Below, piece after piece: positions 50,992-63,642 of a stretch of 64,000 bases of DNA. Positions within the stretch are counted from its first letter, which is position 1. Each line of letters begins with the position of its first letter. The notes under the pieces were generated by a model. The model made no database searches. It was given only the letters and a program-made list of their open reading frames with translations, and was not told the origin of the DNA. A program made the position numbers and the translations under genes. The DNA is from Enoplolaimus lenunculus. Lineage: Eukaryota. The stretch is from the NCBI GenBank assembly GCA_030248215.1, contig JASANG010003810.1, positions 248,001-312,000 on the forward strand, written 5' to 3'.

Positions 50992-53900
50992 ATATTATTA
51001 TTATTACTACTACTATTATTATTATTAATCTGTTATGTTAAGATTTAGCCAAGATTTCAGTTGCTAAACAAGCCACACAGCCGTGTCGAGATAGACGCTC
51101 ATGATCAGAAATGCATACAACTAAAATTTTCTGCTACATATCAGGTACCAAAAGACACTCACATACACGTATTATAGCTTATTGCACAGTGATGTGCGTA
51201 TGTATATATCAGGGTGGACCGCTTACCGAAAATACCGAAGCCGGCGGAGGTCGATATTTTGCCGGAACCAGATATCCGGTCGGCCCCAAAATTATGTACT
51301 CATGGGTGTAGCCAAAATTCAAAAATGGATGAATAAGTTCCATAAAATCTTCGAGGGCTGTTTTTTTGCGTTGAAGACTGAAACCATGACTAAAAACTCT
51401 AGTACAAAAATCCCAAACGGGTTTAACACCTAAAATCCCCCTGACTGCGCTACGTTTTATACATAACACGTGTATATATGTATATCCGTACGTATATATA
51501 CATACTTTTGATAAATAACATAACTTACATGCTTGTATATATTTTGCAGATATAAATTGTATCATATCATGGTACATAAGAACGCATACAAAGGGGTGAC
51601 AGCAATTCTAATAAGTCTTCGAATAAATTTAACCTGTCGGGTGTTAATTTTAGAATGGAAAAAAACCATTTACATGAGGGTATACTCTCCCGAATTTCAA
51701 TCAAGGATACGCCTTTACTAAATGTGTTGCATAAAAATCATAAACGCAACGTGTAACGTTCGTTACTTTTCTAACTTTGAAGCACATACTTTCGGCCGGC
51801 CACATAGCAACGATATCATTTCACGTACTAATCAATAATAAAAGCATTCAATTCACACATATAGACGTGCAAATTCAATAGGTTAGCTTAACCGCAAACA
51901 GATATTTTGATAAGCCTATATAGCACCTGTCACAAGTTATGGTTACGCCATACCCGACGCGCGTCGTGTGGTCAAAAACGAATTTTCACGAAACGCACAG
52001 TGCCGCTCGTCACCAGATCCCGCCGCGTGGTCCATCTAAAATTCGGCGCCACACGTCGGCGAACGGCGCCGTGTGGCATAAAATTGTACAGCGAAACCTT
52101 TAAGTCATACAAAATATACATAACCCCTAATAAATAAACAAACGATGCCTCTGTCCCCTGGCTGGACATGCACCTTTCGGCAAACCATTCAAAAAGCAAC
52201 CGAAACTAAGAAGCTCAGCTGTTGACCAATCGAACATGGATCCGGACAGTCCCATATACCCGAAATTCTACTGAGACCTAAACTGTGACTGCACACAAGT
52301 GTGCGTCGCTATCTTTCTATTCGTACTCCAAGCAACAAGCACTTATTTATTGTAACTCTGGGTGTCCGTAATATATAATTATTTATTATGCTACATTGTG
52401 ATGCGTTAAAATCCTACAAACGATAGCACTGCAATCTCAATACTACTTTTTGTCGCATCTGTATCTGCTAAATTAATTGACTCATCAACCTTTGACGCAT
52501 GCTACTAGGAGAAGGCGTCGTGAATAAAACTTAATAAAATCCCAAGTTAACGGCATGGCCACAGCATGTACAAGGAAACATGAACAATACAAAACAAACA
52601 AGTAGAATAAGTTTTCCTTGTCTGGCTGCCTTACAGACATCACTTAGCCACGTCAACTGAAAAAATAATTACAGCTAAAAGATGTACAGATAAAAGATGT
52701 CTCAAGCTTAAGATTAACTTCCGAAGGTCATACCTAACAAACAAAAAACTAATACACAAACACACCAACAGACAAACAAACACACAAACGAAACAACTAC
52801 ACAACGCAACAAACACAGCCTGGATGATACAAAACGAGATAATCAACTTACTGTTTCTTTGGCTTCTCAGCAAAGGACTCGGCGATGAAAGTTTTGAGCT
52901 CGTAGTCAACACCGCACGGCTGCAACAAAAACAAAGAAATGTTATTTAACATTTTAAATTTTTCCGCTAGTCTACCTTTTTCCCAATGTATCTCGGTCAA
53001 ACTATCACCTCGGCAAACCTACAGTGGTCTACGGTTTTGCAAAAAAGTAAATTGTAAATTTAGACAGAACGCGCCACTACAGCATTCTGAAATGATACAA
53101 AACCAAACGCTTTTAGCCGACTTCAAAAAGAGTCCGTTTGACAAAAAATATGCTGACTGAGCAAAAGAAAGTTCAATAAATACTTAACGAAACACGAAAT
53201 AAACACAACTATGGGACAACAATACCACATAAAACTTTTTACCGTCTGCAGAGGTCATTTTCAATGTCACAGGAGGATTTTACCGTAAAAGTGCATACTT
53301 ACTTACTAGCGTATTTTCAATAACCCCACCCACAATATGTTGCACCGCGAAAATATAGCATTGTAAGAAAAAAATACGAGATTAATTTGAAATTAACAAC
53401 GTGTAAGAATACTTTTAAAGTTTTATGGCATTATTGACAAAACTGTTACCAAAAGGCTTAACAATACGATCAATATACAAACAAGAAACCACAGCGTTAT
53501 AATCACAGAGGTGCGCTTACCCGTACCTTCCCCGAATCATTCGGTGCTGGTTGAAGGGTAATTGAAGCGGCTGAGTACGGAGGTATCCAAAATAAAAATA
53601 GCCACTTCAAAGTTAACGCAATGCCAAACAAAATGTTCACACAGTAAAAGCAAGCATGCTGATACGAATACAAACATTACACAATTCAATTTTTAATTAA
53701 AATTTCGTTATTTTAATAAGTTGAGTAATAAGCATGCTGCCAGACTTAAAACTTCGTCTATGCTCACGCTTAACTAAAACAACAAATATTCTAACTAAAC
53801 AAACGGAACAAAGTTGGTACGTACCTGAAACCAAAAGGGATACGCGTTTGCGCCCAGCTTCTTTTTCAGTCTTTCCTGCAAACGAGTCAGCGGTCGTTGT

Positions 53901-55191
53901 TCGCTTGAAACAGGCGGATACACCTGAAACCATTATGTACTAAGATGATTAATTATAAATCACAATTGAAAACCAGTCGAAAATTCAAAGAAACTTGATT
54001 AACAGTTGAAAAATTGAGTGTTAAAACTTCAACTTTTAAATTCTATGGTTTTTTTCTTTCTTTTATAAATGTTGCGCGCTAAGACGTATTTCGGAGTGTA
54101 AGCTTACCGGTAACAATGCAAACATAAGGATAAATACTGCAGCAGCCAAATAAAAAGCAGAACATCTACAAAAACAATACCAAATGTAGCAATGAAAATT
54201 TTAACACATGTTACGCTGTCTAAAACTGCGCTATATTAACTATATAAATACTAAACAAACCTGCATGTGGAAAGTGAGCAAATCCTTTCGGAAAGTAAGG
54301 CCAAGAACATCCAAATCTTCTCTGCCGTAGCGAAAAGCGGCCACCAAATGTGCAAATATTTTGCTGCCTTCAGGCAGCCCGTCTGACTCTATCAACACCA
54401 TGCCGTCTGGAAATAATTAGCACTGCAACACAATCTAAATATATTGAAAACTGGAACGTTTCGTGGTAACTTCGCACTCGGAAATAAACAACCGATATTT
54501 TAATTTCTTAAAAGTAAAAACCCTACAAAGCTTCCAAGAAACGCTGGTATAGCGCTTTCAAAACTTAAACTCTTACTGCGCCCTGAAAAACCAACCAATT
54601 AAGTCCACATGGTCCAAATGATCGATGAAATCTCTCTTTCCGAGATACGTTGTAATCTGAAATCAATTTACGTCATAATAAGATGAAGTTTTCGCACATT
54701 TGCCAGCATAGAATACACATCGAAGTCTTATATACGCTGATGCGCATGTATGCCTCACAAATAAAGTACTGAACGGAAATCCTCTTAATTTACCAAGATC
54801 GCCTTATAACTACGTTAAACTGCTACAAAAACCAAGATCAAACACAACGTTAAGTAAAGGCAGAATTATTAGATTTTCTACCTACCTTTGAATTGGGACT
54901 TGTTTTCTTGAACACCCTGAAAAACCAAAAAACAGCTACATAGCTAAAACAATTATAAGTTGTCTTACTTGATAATAAGTTACGCTATAAGCTTATCTTT
55001 ATAATAACTTCCAAAATAGTCAAAGTACTATATTATTTCTGATTGCGCTACCGTTTTGTCAGTGAACTCAGCACTATAAACCTAGTTGCTGTGCATGTAA
55101 AACATTTAGGCACACGTTCTACATATATTAAAAACAGGCATTTATACCTCGTTCCGGAGACTTTCTCATTTTGTTCATCTGCTGAAGTCAT
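38069..55191 (-). CDS. arr-1: Beta-arrestin (non-visual arrestin), about 447 aa
   Basis: 14 exons summing to 1344 nt: 55191-55148, 54916-54886, 54656-54596, 54406-54261, 53923-53825, 53586-53527, 52919-52852, 42366-42228, 40786-40702, 40341-40269, 40033-39890, 39671-39582, 38925-38722, 38168-38069. Motifs: [74 protein letters not shown], clathrin box LIQLD, AP-2 motif [12 protein letters not shown]. The exon 6 acceptor is non-canonical (see findings). Confidence 0.95.
41159..42024 (+). repeat. 29-bp minisatellite, about 30 copies, arrestin intron 8
   Basis: Unit GCTCGGATCTCCAGATCAGAGACTTCAA(C/A), highly homogeneous. Confidence 0.97.
45514..45900. mobile_element. MITE with about 85-bp imperfect TIRs
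   Basis: TATGTCGTAGCCCAA...TTGGGCTACGACATA, with further inverted matches (GGCTAGTCCA/TGGACTAGCC, GGGCTAGCCC). Confidence 0.75.
46746..47131 (+). mobile_element. MITE, CAGGGTGCAACCGGAATT family
   Basis: Perfect 18-bp TIRs; reverse complement of the 12372 copy. Confidence 0.88.
47818..48174 (+). mobile_element. MITE, CAGGGTGCAACCGGAATT family
   Basis: Same TIRs and body, with a small internal deletion. Confidence 0.85.
49630..50012 (-). mobile_element. MITE, CAGGGTGCAACCGGAATT family
   Basis: Same body in the opposite orientation to 46746 and 47818. Confidence 0.85.
50051..50430 (-). mobile_element. MITE, CAGGGTGCAACCGGAATT family
   Basis: Tandem neighbour of the 49630 copy. Both are followed by ATCCAGA, suggesting local duplication. 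Confidence 0.85.
50953..51027. repeat. (TTA)n microsatellite
   Basis: Direct reading; interrupted by a few CTA units. Confidence 0.9.
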
Positions 55192-56897
55192 AGCCGCTTA
55201 TTATTTCACAACCAAAAAATGATAGACACAAGTCGCTTTGATGTTTAGATTGTTTCAGCCTAGAATCAGCTAAAACACCGGAATAACAATGAATACGTTC
55301 AAGCTACACATACGTATATATGCATATATCTCATTAGTGTACATTTAATCCAGCCATCCATGTGATATCATACAGGATATTAGTGATGCGACAATACCAA
55401 AACTTTTGCCGATGCCGATACCGATTCTTATTCTGAAATTTCGCCGATGTAGATAACGATGCCAATTTTAAAATATTACTAGATCACTTCATTATAGGTC
55501 CAAACACTTAAACCTTGACTACCATAAACGGTTACTATTTTATGTTAAAGGGACATTTCAGTTAATTTTCTCAAACACAAACGCAAGAGACATAACAGCT
55601 TCCTGAACAGATTATATGAACCAATAGGTGAAATTGATAGCATTCCATCTCACTGCTAAGTGCGAAAAGCATCGGCAAAAAATAGTATTTTTTTACAATG
55701 CCGATGCCGATACGCAAGAAAAGGATCGATATTACAGATTCAAATTAATCAGCATATCCCCATACTCCTGAAATTTGGTTCCACAAATATTAGTGTTGCG
55801 ATTCAGAGCTATATATTATACATACGTAATGATGTGGCCGAACATGGTCAAAACAAATATATTATATCAACTAGTAAAATCAGTAGAAACACTGTAAATA
55901 TATACTTCATCACAACAGATGTTTACACCGTAAAACATTTGTTAGAAACTAAAAATAGCCCTGCGATAGCAATCTTGTTAACGCTGCCGAACCTATGCCA
56001 TGAAAGCCCCAGAACTTACTTGTTGCCAATAGTTAACAAGCTATTTAAGGCAAGTAAATGAACGTTTCGCAACCGCGACTGTTATGTCATGTTACGGTTA
56101 TCGGTTGGACTTAAATACAGGCATATATATTTACTGCGACGCTTTTTCAAGTTCTGCAGACAAATATCAGAATATACACTCAATGGCTGCAGGTTCAGAA
56201 ACAATGTGCCTAACGAATCACTTTGCAACATATTACTCATATATTCAAACCTGCATCAAAGCAAGAAACCATTCTGCAAAATATTCGTCACGTGACTACT
56301 AAACATTAAAACCAGAAAATCAATCATAGTGCTCACAAGAAAAACACAAATGCCATAACAACTAAGTATGTATCACATTATTACGCCGAGCAGTAATCGT
56401 AACACTTAGACATAGTCTTCCTCACATCAGTATAATAGTTTTTTCTAGCTTTGTAGCTGCACCTTTGTACATTATTTGTGCTAAAAACAGAGTGTTTCTT
56501 ACATTAGCAGGTTCCAAATTGTTATAGTTTTTTCAAACTTTGTAGCTTAACTAGTTATGTACTTCGTTATACTTGTGACATGCGGATGCATAGAGACAAC
56601 TAATAACCTCACACTGATGCTGCACATCGGTAAAAATCACTGCTGCAAATGTAGTGATTTCAAATGCAGCAGCAATAAAAACACGGAAGAACCAAGATGC
56701 GTGCGTATAATGTTGAGGTTCTTATAAGGCATAAAAATAGAAAAACTCAGAAGTTGATTGTGAGGCAGCGTGACTCAGTGGGTAGCGCGCTAGACTGATA
56801 ATCTGTCGACCGAGTTCGTAGCCTCCTGGGAGCGTCCCTCATTTTCAGCTGTTAACTCAGAACTAAAAACCGTCGTACCCAAACCTACCCAAGTTAT

Positions 56898-57107
56898 TGT
56901 CGGTATATGTGCACGTAAGTGTGTGTAAAGCAAATGTTGCCATGCCTGTGCACATATACCGGTATAAGAAGTTGTTGCAATGGCCGCGTGGTGTAGTGGT
57001 TGCATGCTTGGCTCGAGCGCAAGAGGGCCGAGGTTCGATTCCCGGCGTGGTCATTAACTTTGGGCAGAACTTCAAACAGGGGTCGTGCAGACCGTATAGT
57101 ACCAACA
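56898..57107 (+). mobile_element. Nested solo LTR with tRNA-like cassette
   Basis: Termini TGTCGGTA...TACCAACA, perfect TSD GTTAT (56893-56897 and 57108-57112). Internal palindrome GTATATGTGCAC...GTGCACATATAC upstream of the tRNA-like part. Confidence 0.78.
56982..57053 (+). pseudogene. tRNA-like sequence inside nested LTR
   Basis: 72 nt. Acceptor GGCCGCG/CGTGGTC fully pairable, A box TGGTGTAGTGG, B box GGTTCGATTCC. Anticodon and T stems are imperfect; isotype not assignable. Confidence 0.65.
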
Positions 57108-59595
57108 GTTATCACAATACTGTTTCTTACTTGGCACTTCTGTGTACGCATACACAACAATTTAATACAAAGGAATGTTTTACTTTCTAGTGATATTCAT
57201 ACAACAAAGGTAACTCCCAGGATAACACTAGAGCGACAGTAAATATTTATAATTATCCAAACATAATTCATTATTAAAAACGCTTTGGAGATCACGAAAA
57301 CATCAGGATTACGGCACCTACGGCCAGACCTCAATAGTCTTGAACATGATCCACTTCTGGATAAACAAAGAACAAAAGGTCGAAAGCCAACAATGCACAG
57401 TATAATGAAATATCGATTTTACACAAAGAAATCTTAATCTGCAACATTGAAGCAAAATTTATACTAGCTACGTATCTTTCACTATTAAAAGATAGCGCTT
57501 TGTAGTTGTAAAGTTAGCAAGAATTGACACATTACAGGCATAGGCAGCAGCTCTACAGCAGCTATAACTATTACCTTCCGTATTTATAATTATCAAGCTT
57601 GTTTGATTTTATCACCGCGCGAACCTTTTTAACACATGGGTTATTACACTTTATAATGTTTGTATCACTGCACTCTTCGAAATTTATAAATTGTCAAATT
57701 GACAGGGCAAATATAACACAGCAAAAAAATTGCAGTCAAAATATAAATTAATACCTTTTGAGGTTCGCGTTCGAGCAGTAAAAAATCTCCACAAGAGGTG
57801 AAATGTTTCCGGTTCAAAAATTAGGAATGCAACTCCTAGCGCACATTAATCTCTAAGATAGAGACTGAAACTATTTTTAAGAATGTATTATGCTTTTGGA
57901 TGCAGAAAGGACAGTGTTCCCACTGAGTTGTTTCATATCTGGGACCACAAAGGTCACGAGCGGATCACTTTTCCGCGGGACTGCAAAATAACTAAAGCAG
58001 CCTTGATGCTTGACTACTCCTAATAATATGCCTATACTACTTTTAATACGATCTAATATTATTTTCATTTCCACTTTGTGAAAACGTACAAGGGCCGAAA
58101 ACTATTTAAATTTTGCCATACGTTCTTGCGCTACACAATTTTTTATTACACTATAAAGTATGGAATGTTTAAAAAGAATTACATTTTATACCTGTTGTGA
58201 CTGAGAGTTTAGCCTCATATAAGATGTACCAGTTGTTGCATACAGTCCCACTGTTCAAATTGCCGACGCAATTCAGCAGGTGGAACTGTATGTTTCGTGT
58301 CTTTATTAGAGGCACTCAAAAATCAAATGTTTACTGTTCTTTTGTGACACTCACACAGCGGTTGCAATACTGTCGCTTTTAACCAAAAAATACATAATTT
58401 TTCAGCAGTCACACAGGTTTTGGTTCTCAAACATTAGTTATATTTTGTTCAGCGGTTCATACAATGTATGATATGTAAATGCTAAATGCGCCCTGTTTTA
58501 TATATCGATACCTCTCCAAAACAATACCTGCAACATTTTTTGGTATATACCTATATATGCAAGCGGGGTTTATGCACAGATCTTCATATTTAGAGAGAGA
58601 GCAATGTGTTCAAGCTTTACGGGCTCATATTGTATCCAATTTTAACTGGGTAAGTAGTGTTGAGTAAAATAATTGAGAAAAAATATTTAAAAATGTAATA
58701 TTATACAAACCGCAGCAGCGAATCACACTAAACAATTGTGGGAGGGCAACAGAAACAGTTCCTTCAACGGTGTACAGGTTTGAGAGAAAAAATAAATGTA
58801 CAGTGTTTGATGGTGGTCTCTAGGGTATGCAGGCACTGAGAGTGTAAATGTGCTACATCAGCACCGTATCCCCCTCGTTCGATTGCATTAAAGCTTTTCG
58901 CTCAACGACCAGACATTTTGCATTGCTGTCTGGGTCAGATAAAGAAATGAGCACATTATGGGTATTTTTTTCGGTTTTTAGCCAGTTTTAAAAGCGTGAA
59001 AATCTATATAATTTCATAAGATTTTAAAATCAAAGTATATGCCTCGTAAGGGATTGAGACATCAGCCAATGTATTAAAGAACAGGGGCGGAACAGTATTA
59101 CTAGCATATTCATTAGCCTGAGCCTAGCCTAAGCCTAAAGCCAAGCAAACAAATTAGTGTAAAGCTTAAGCATACTCTTTTCCAGTATCCCACAGAAAAA
59201 CTCTTTGCCCCCTGATCTTTACATGGTCCAAGACATCTTGTGGTCAAGATTAAATTAAGATAGACTGCAGTTTGAATTTTACATTTAAAACTGGACAATT
59301 TGTGCAAAAATCAGTGCAAAAGTAATAATGCATTTAGTTTTCGCACATATTTTAAACAGCACAACGAGCGGCATTATCTTAAACTTTTGTTGAGATACGT
59401 TTATGAAAACATTATTCATTACGTGTGCTGAAAGAATTGAGTCGTTTCGTTTGTAGTTTTTAGAAAATCACATCTATGAAGCTGAAATGACCCACATACG
59501 TATTTTGCACAGCGTTCCAGCGGATTTTTGCAAACATACGTATGCAAAAACAACTAAATAGTAAAAATATGAGGTTTTTGCATTATGCGTTGTTA

Positions 59596-59812
59596 CACTG
59601 CAAAAAATGTTGAGTCAAATTGACTCTCCGAAATAGGCTTTTCGGGACTACAACTGAGTCAAATTCGACTCCGCCAGAGTCGAATGCGATTCGGTGAGTC
59701 GAATTTGATTCTGGCGGAGTCAAATTTAACTCAGTGTGTGTAGTCCAGAAAAGCCTATTCCGAAGAGAGTCAGTCAATTTGCAGTCAATTTGACTCACCA
59801 TTTCTTGCAGTG
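59596..59812. mobile_element. Palindromic MITE
   Basis: CACTGCAAAAAATG...CATTTCTTGCAGTG; nearly the whole element folds back. Confidence 0.75.
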
Positions 59813-62247
59813 CAGTTATATAGACATGATGATATGTTTAAGATCGTTCTATGAAACAGAATCGGATGTCCGTGTCTAATGCGGGGTTCACGTTATAACT
59901 GGGGCAGCAGGGACACGCTTTGTCCCATGTTGATTCGACATCAACGTCTAATTTTAACATTCAATACACAGTGAACAGACAAAAGTCGAATATCATATGA
60001 TATTCATCTACTAAACCATGGATTGTTTGATCCGACTGACTAGTGCACAGCTATACTGTATTGACCGAAGGGGGAGGGGTAATCAGAGGGGGGTCCCCTT
60101 CTTGAGTCCGAATCAATAGAAGCCAATATCCCTAATAGAGTCCGTAAGCGGATAGAGTCCCTAAACCCTAATTAGAGTCCATAAATGTCAATTATTTCTA
60201 ATTGTAGCGTATAAATGACTACAGGACCAAATAATTTGAGTTCTTAACTTTAAACCGTACTTAAATTTTGAAAGTATATTCCTAAGTATAACCTTGTCAT
60301 AAGACAAATAAACGTTTGATTCAACGGATAATTGCAGTACCTAATATATATCAGCAACGAAGGGCGGCGGATCGCGGGTTAGAAATAAGTAACAGTCCGT
60401 AACCGAATAACTCGGGGGGTACCCTCTGTAGAGGCCAAATAAATATCAGTGCCCCCTCTTAATATTCGGGTCACTACAGTATTTTTATACATTTAGGGTT
60501 GCAAAATTGCAACTACGTTGACTAGGACCGTGTTCGGAAAGGCGTCTGTAACAGATTGGGCACTTGACTGCACTCCCTATGATCAGGGAAAACAATATTA
60601 AACGACAAAACCTTAAAATTTCTCGTGATTCCGGTCGTAATTTTCCGAACACAGGTTTATTCCAACCGATTATAAACCGCTAATTTGCCTTAGATTAGCA
60701 ATGACGCCGAGGGGAGTTTAATATGGCGTACCATTTCCTGAACTGAATAGAAAAATTCTAGAAATACCTACATGACCAACCACTTCTGGGGTAGTAGACG
60801 TGAAGTTCACCCTCATGGTATCAAAGTTCTATCCTTTACGTCTCCTGACAAGAAACCCTCCATCATCATTTCCAATGCCTAAAGAAAACAATTGAGAGAC
60901 GTTAACTTGAGAGTGGTTTGGCTTCGGACATTTGTTCATATTTGGATATCGGGAAATTCCTGCAAAATATTTGTGTATCATCCAGTACCATGGTGTAAAA
61001 CGGATAGAAGAATTAACCGGAAACGGATAGCGATGAAAATATCGAAAACCGAGAACGGATACTGAAGTACAAAAATTTTCCAAAATGCCTTTATTTTTCT
61101 GCCAATACAATTATGAGAGGCGTGCATATTCACCGGTGTTTCAAAAATTTTAAACAAAAATTACGGATGTAGTGTATTTAATTTTTAAGATTTTGAATGA
61201 ATTTCGTAACTTTTATTTCATTTCGAACCGGTCTGTCAACGAAAAATTGCAAGATGCATATTTATCTGAGATAAATATTTTCTCATTGCGACGATGTGTA
61301 AAAAATAACCGAGAGGGGTCGCTTTAATGGGGGTCATTTACGTTATTTACAACTAATTTTGAACGTAAACATAACTGAATTCCCGATGTTTTTACAACGG
61401 AAACTGAAAAAAATTCCGGAAACGGATATCCGGTTACACTGTATCCGGTTCTCATCTATTTTATTCTTCTTAAGATCTGTTTAATATCGTTTCAGGAACG
61501 CTCGTGCGTCTTAAACGTATACATTTAAGCATCAGTTATATATAATCTGCAACGATATAAGCCGAATTTAAGCGTTATTGACTCCAAAAAATTATGCAAT
61601 TCGGGTTTTACCTCAAAACCTGTCAATCCAACCCAGCCGAACGAGTAGCACATTTTCTAGTTTACCAAAGACTATAATTAATTTTAAAAACATATTAGAC
61701 ATATATAATAACCCATTATATAATTTTAATATATTATTAATTATATTTATTGATATATTATTATTGTTTACCATTTAACTCATATTTATCCTCTGAAATC
61801 TTTCAAATAAACTCAAAACCTAGTATATACTTTTGTCGCTTCCCGTCTGTCTGATCGTTGCTCAATTTTGTGATTTAATGTCAAAATGCTGTTCAGATTA
61901 ATAGCGGTTGCTACGATTGCTTTTTGTGGCCTTCAAATAGTTGAAAGTAACGCGTTTTATGACCTTAAAAATAGTGGCTGTAGGTAGCTGTGCCACTCCT
62001 AAATATATTTCAATCTAAAAACTAAAACAAAACTAAAACCAAATCCTAAACCACACATTAAGGGAGAGTCCCCGGCTCCGCCTACTGAGACAGAATAGCC
62101 ATATAACGAAATACTGTAATATCTAAAAGTCGTTTAAGAGCTAGTTGCAATTTGAACTCCCGCGGTTGAAATATACTCACTGGCCAATGTGTGAAACAGT
62201 ACCGTAATACACAGTATGTATAAAGCATATTCTGAAGCGTATGCTTA

Positions 62248-62477
62248 CACTGTAAATTCCAATGACTTGATTAATCAATTCAGCTAGCGAGTTAGTTATT
62301 TCTAAATTATAAAATCAGTAAACATTAACTCATTCTGTGATGAGCTGATTCTCACTCTGAGTTAAGTTTATTAGCTCAGAATGAATTGAATAAGCTCAAA
62401 ATTTTGAGTTCTGATAGTCCTACTTCAGACTGACTGATTTAACTTAAGTTAAAATCAACTCACTAAAATTTACAGTG
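62248..62477. mobile_element. MITE with TA flanks
   Basis: TA-CACTGTAAATT...AATTTACAGTG-TA. Confidence 0.7.
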
Positions 62478-62812
62478 TAACCCTAAACATTAGAATGCGC
62501 TCATAGCTAAGCCTAAGCAAAAATTAGTCTAAAGCTTCAGCTTATTCTATTTCAGTCCGACAGAAAGGCGCTTAATTCCTGATATTTCTTTACATGAGCC
62601 TAAATGATTTTGTTTGTGTATTTTCATGCGCCGGCGCACCAAATCGTGTGTCTACTGTGAGCTTAGCTGATCCTTCGTTTGATGGCAATAACGAAGCACA
62701 ACCTTGCAGTCGCTTTGCCAATTTACGTCAAGTTTACGAGACTAAAATTATGCCACTTCAATCTACGTTAAGAATTGACGAGTTGATACCGGATGTACAC
62801 GAAGGTATTATA

Positions 62813-63642
62813 ATGATTACAAATTACAATCCTAAGTTGAACATTGGAATCATCAAAAAAATTGTGTAAAAAATTCTTTGTAGTTGTTTTTTACGAAAGC
62901 CCGTATGCGATCCTTAAAAAGGAATTCTTAGCGTTAAAACTGTACCGTTCCTGATTCTGAAGTGCGCTCCGTGACTGATCCTGATTCTGCTCCATTTTTT
63001 TCTGGTTGACTCGGTTTCATCGGTGTAACGCACTTGCGTCTATTGTTTGGCATTGCTAAATGTGTAAACTTAGCTATTATAATGTAAACTACAGCGCTCC
63101 GTATTAGTTTCTGTGGTTTATTTTGATGTGTAGCTTAAATTAAACCATTTACAATCGTCAGACAACGACCTTAAGCCTAATCTAACCGAGATGAACCTAT
63201 TGACTACCTTATCAGTTACCCGAACCGGGAAATTGTTGGTTCTTTCAATAGGTTCCACTCGGCTAGATTAGGCTTTACATCTTTGGCTGACGATTCTAAA
63301 TTCGCTTAATTTAAGCTACACCTCAAATTTATTCATAGAAACTAATACGGAGCTCTGTGGTTTACATAATAACAGCTAAGTTTACACATTTGGCAATGCC
63401 GAACAAAACACGCAAGCTCACTTCACCAACGAAACTGAGTCAACCAGGAAAAATCGAGCAGAATTAGACTCAGTCACGGAGCGCACCTCAGAATCAGGAA
63501 CGGTACGGTTTTCCGGTTTTCAGCGCTAGGAATTTTTTTAGGATCGCATATATACCGACTTTCTAAAAAGCAATTGCAAAGAATTTTGACACAATTTTTT
63601 GGTGATTACAATGTTCAACTTACGATAGTAATTTGTAATCAT
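62813..63642. repeat. About 830-bp imperfect foldback palindrome
   Basis: ATGATTACAAATTAC...GTAATTTGTAATCAT. The arms are colinear over about 400 bp, with the centre near 63225. Confidence 0.92.

Larger units (their letters stand above)
56574..57116 (+). mobile_element. Solo LTR with tRNA-like cassette, interrupted by a second solo LTR
   Basis: Termini TGTGA...TCACA, perfect TSD ATACT (56569-56573 and 57117-57121). tRNA-like segment about 56762-56840 (TGACTCAGTGG ... GAGTTCG) followed by TTTT. Confidence 0.72.

Noticed and set aside
60771..60877. AG...GT bounded minus-strand segment, possible upstream exon
   Set aside because: No homology and stops in two frames; cannot be supported without transcripts.
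62594..62812. Fragment vaguely resembling a P/THAP-type transposase (PSFD...FANLRQVYE)
   Set aside because: Too short to call by eye; needs a profile search.
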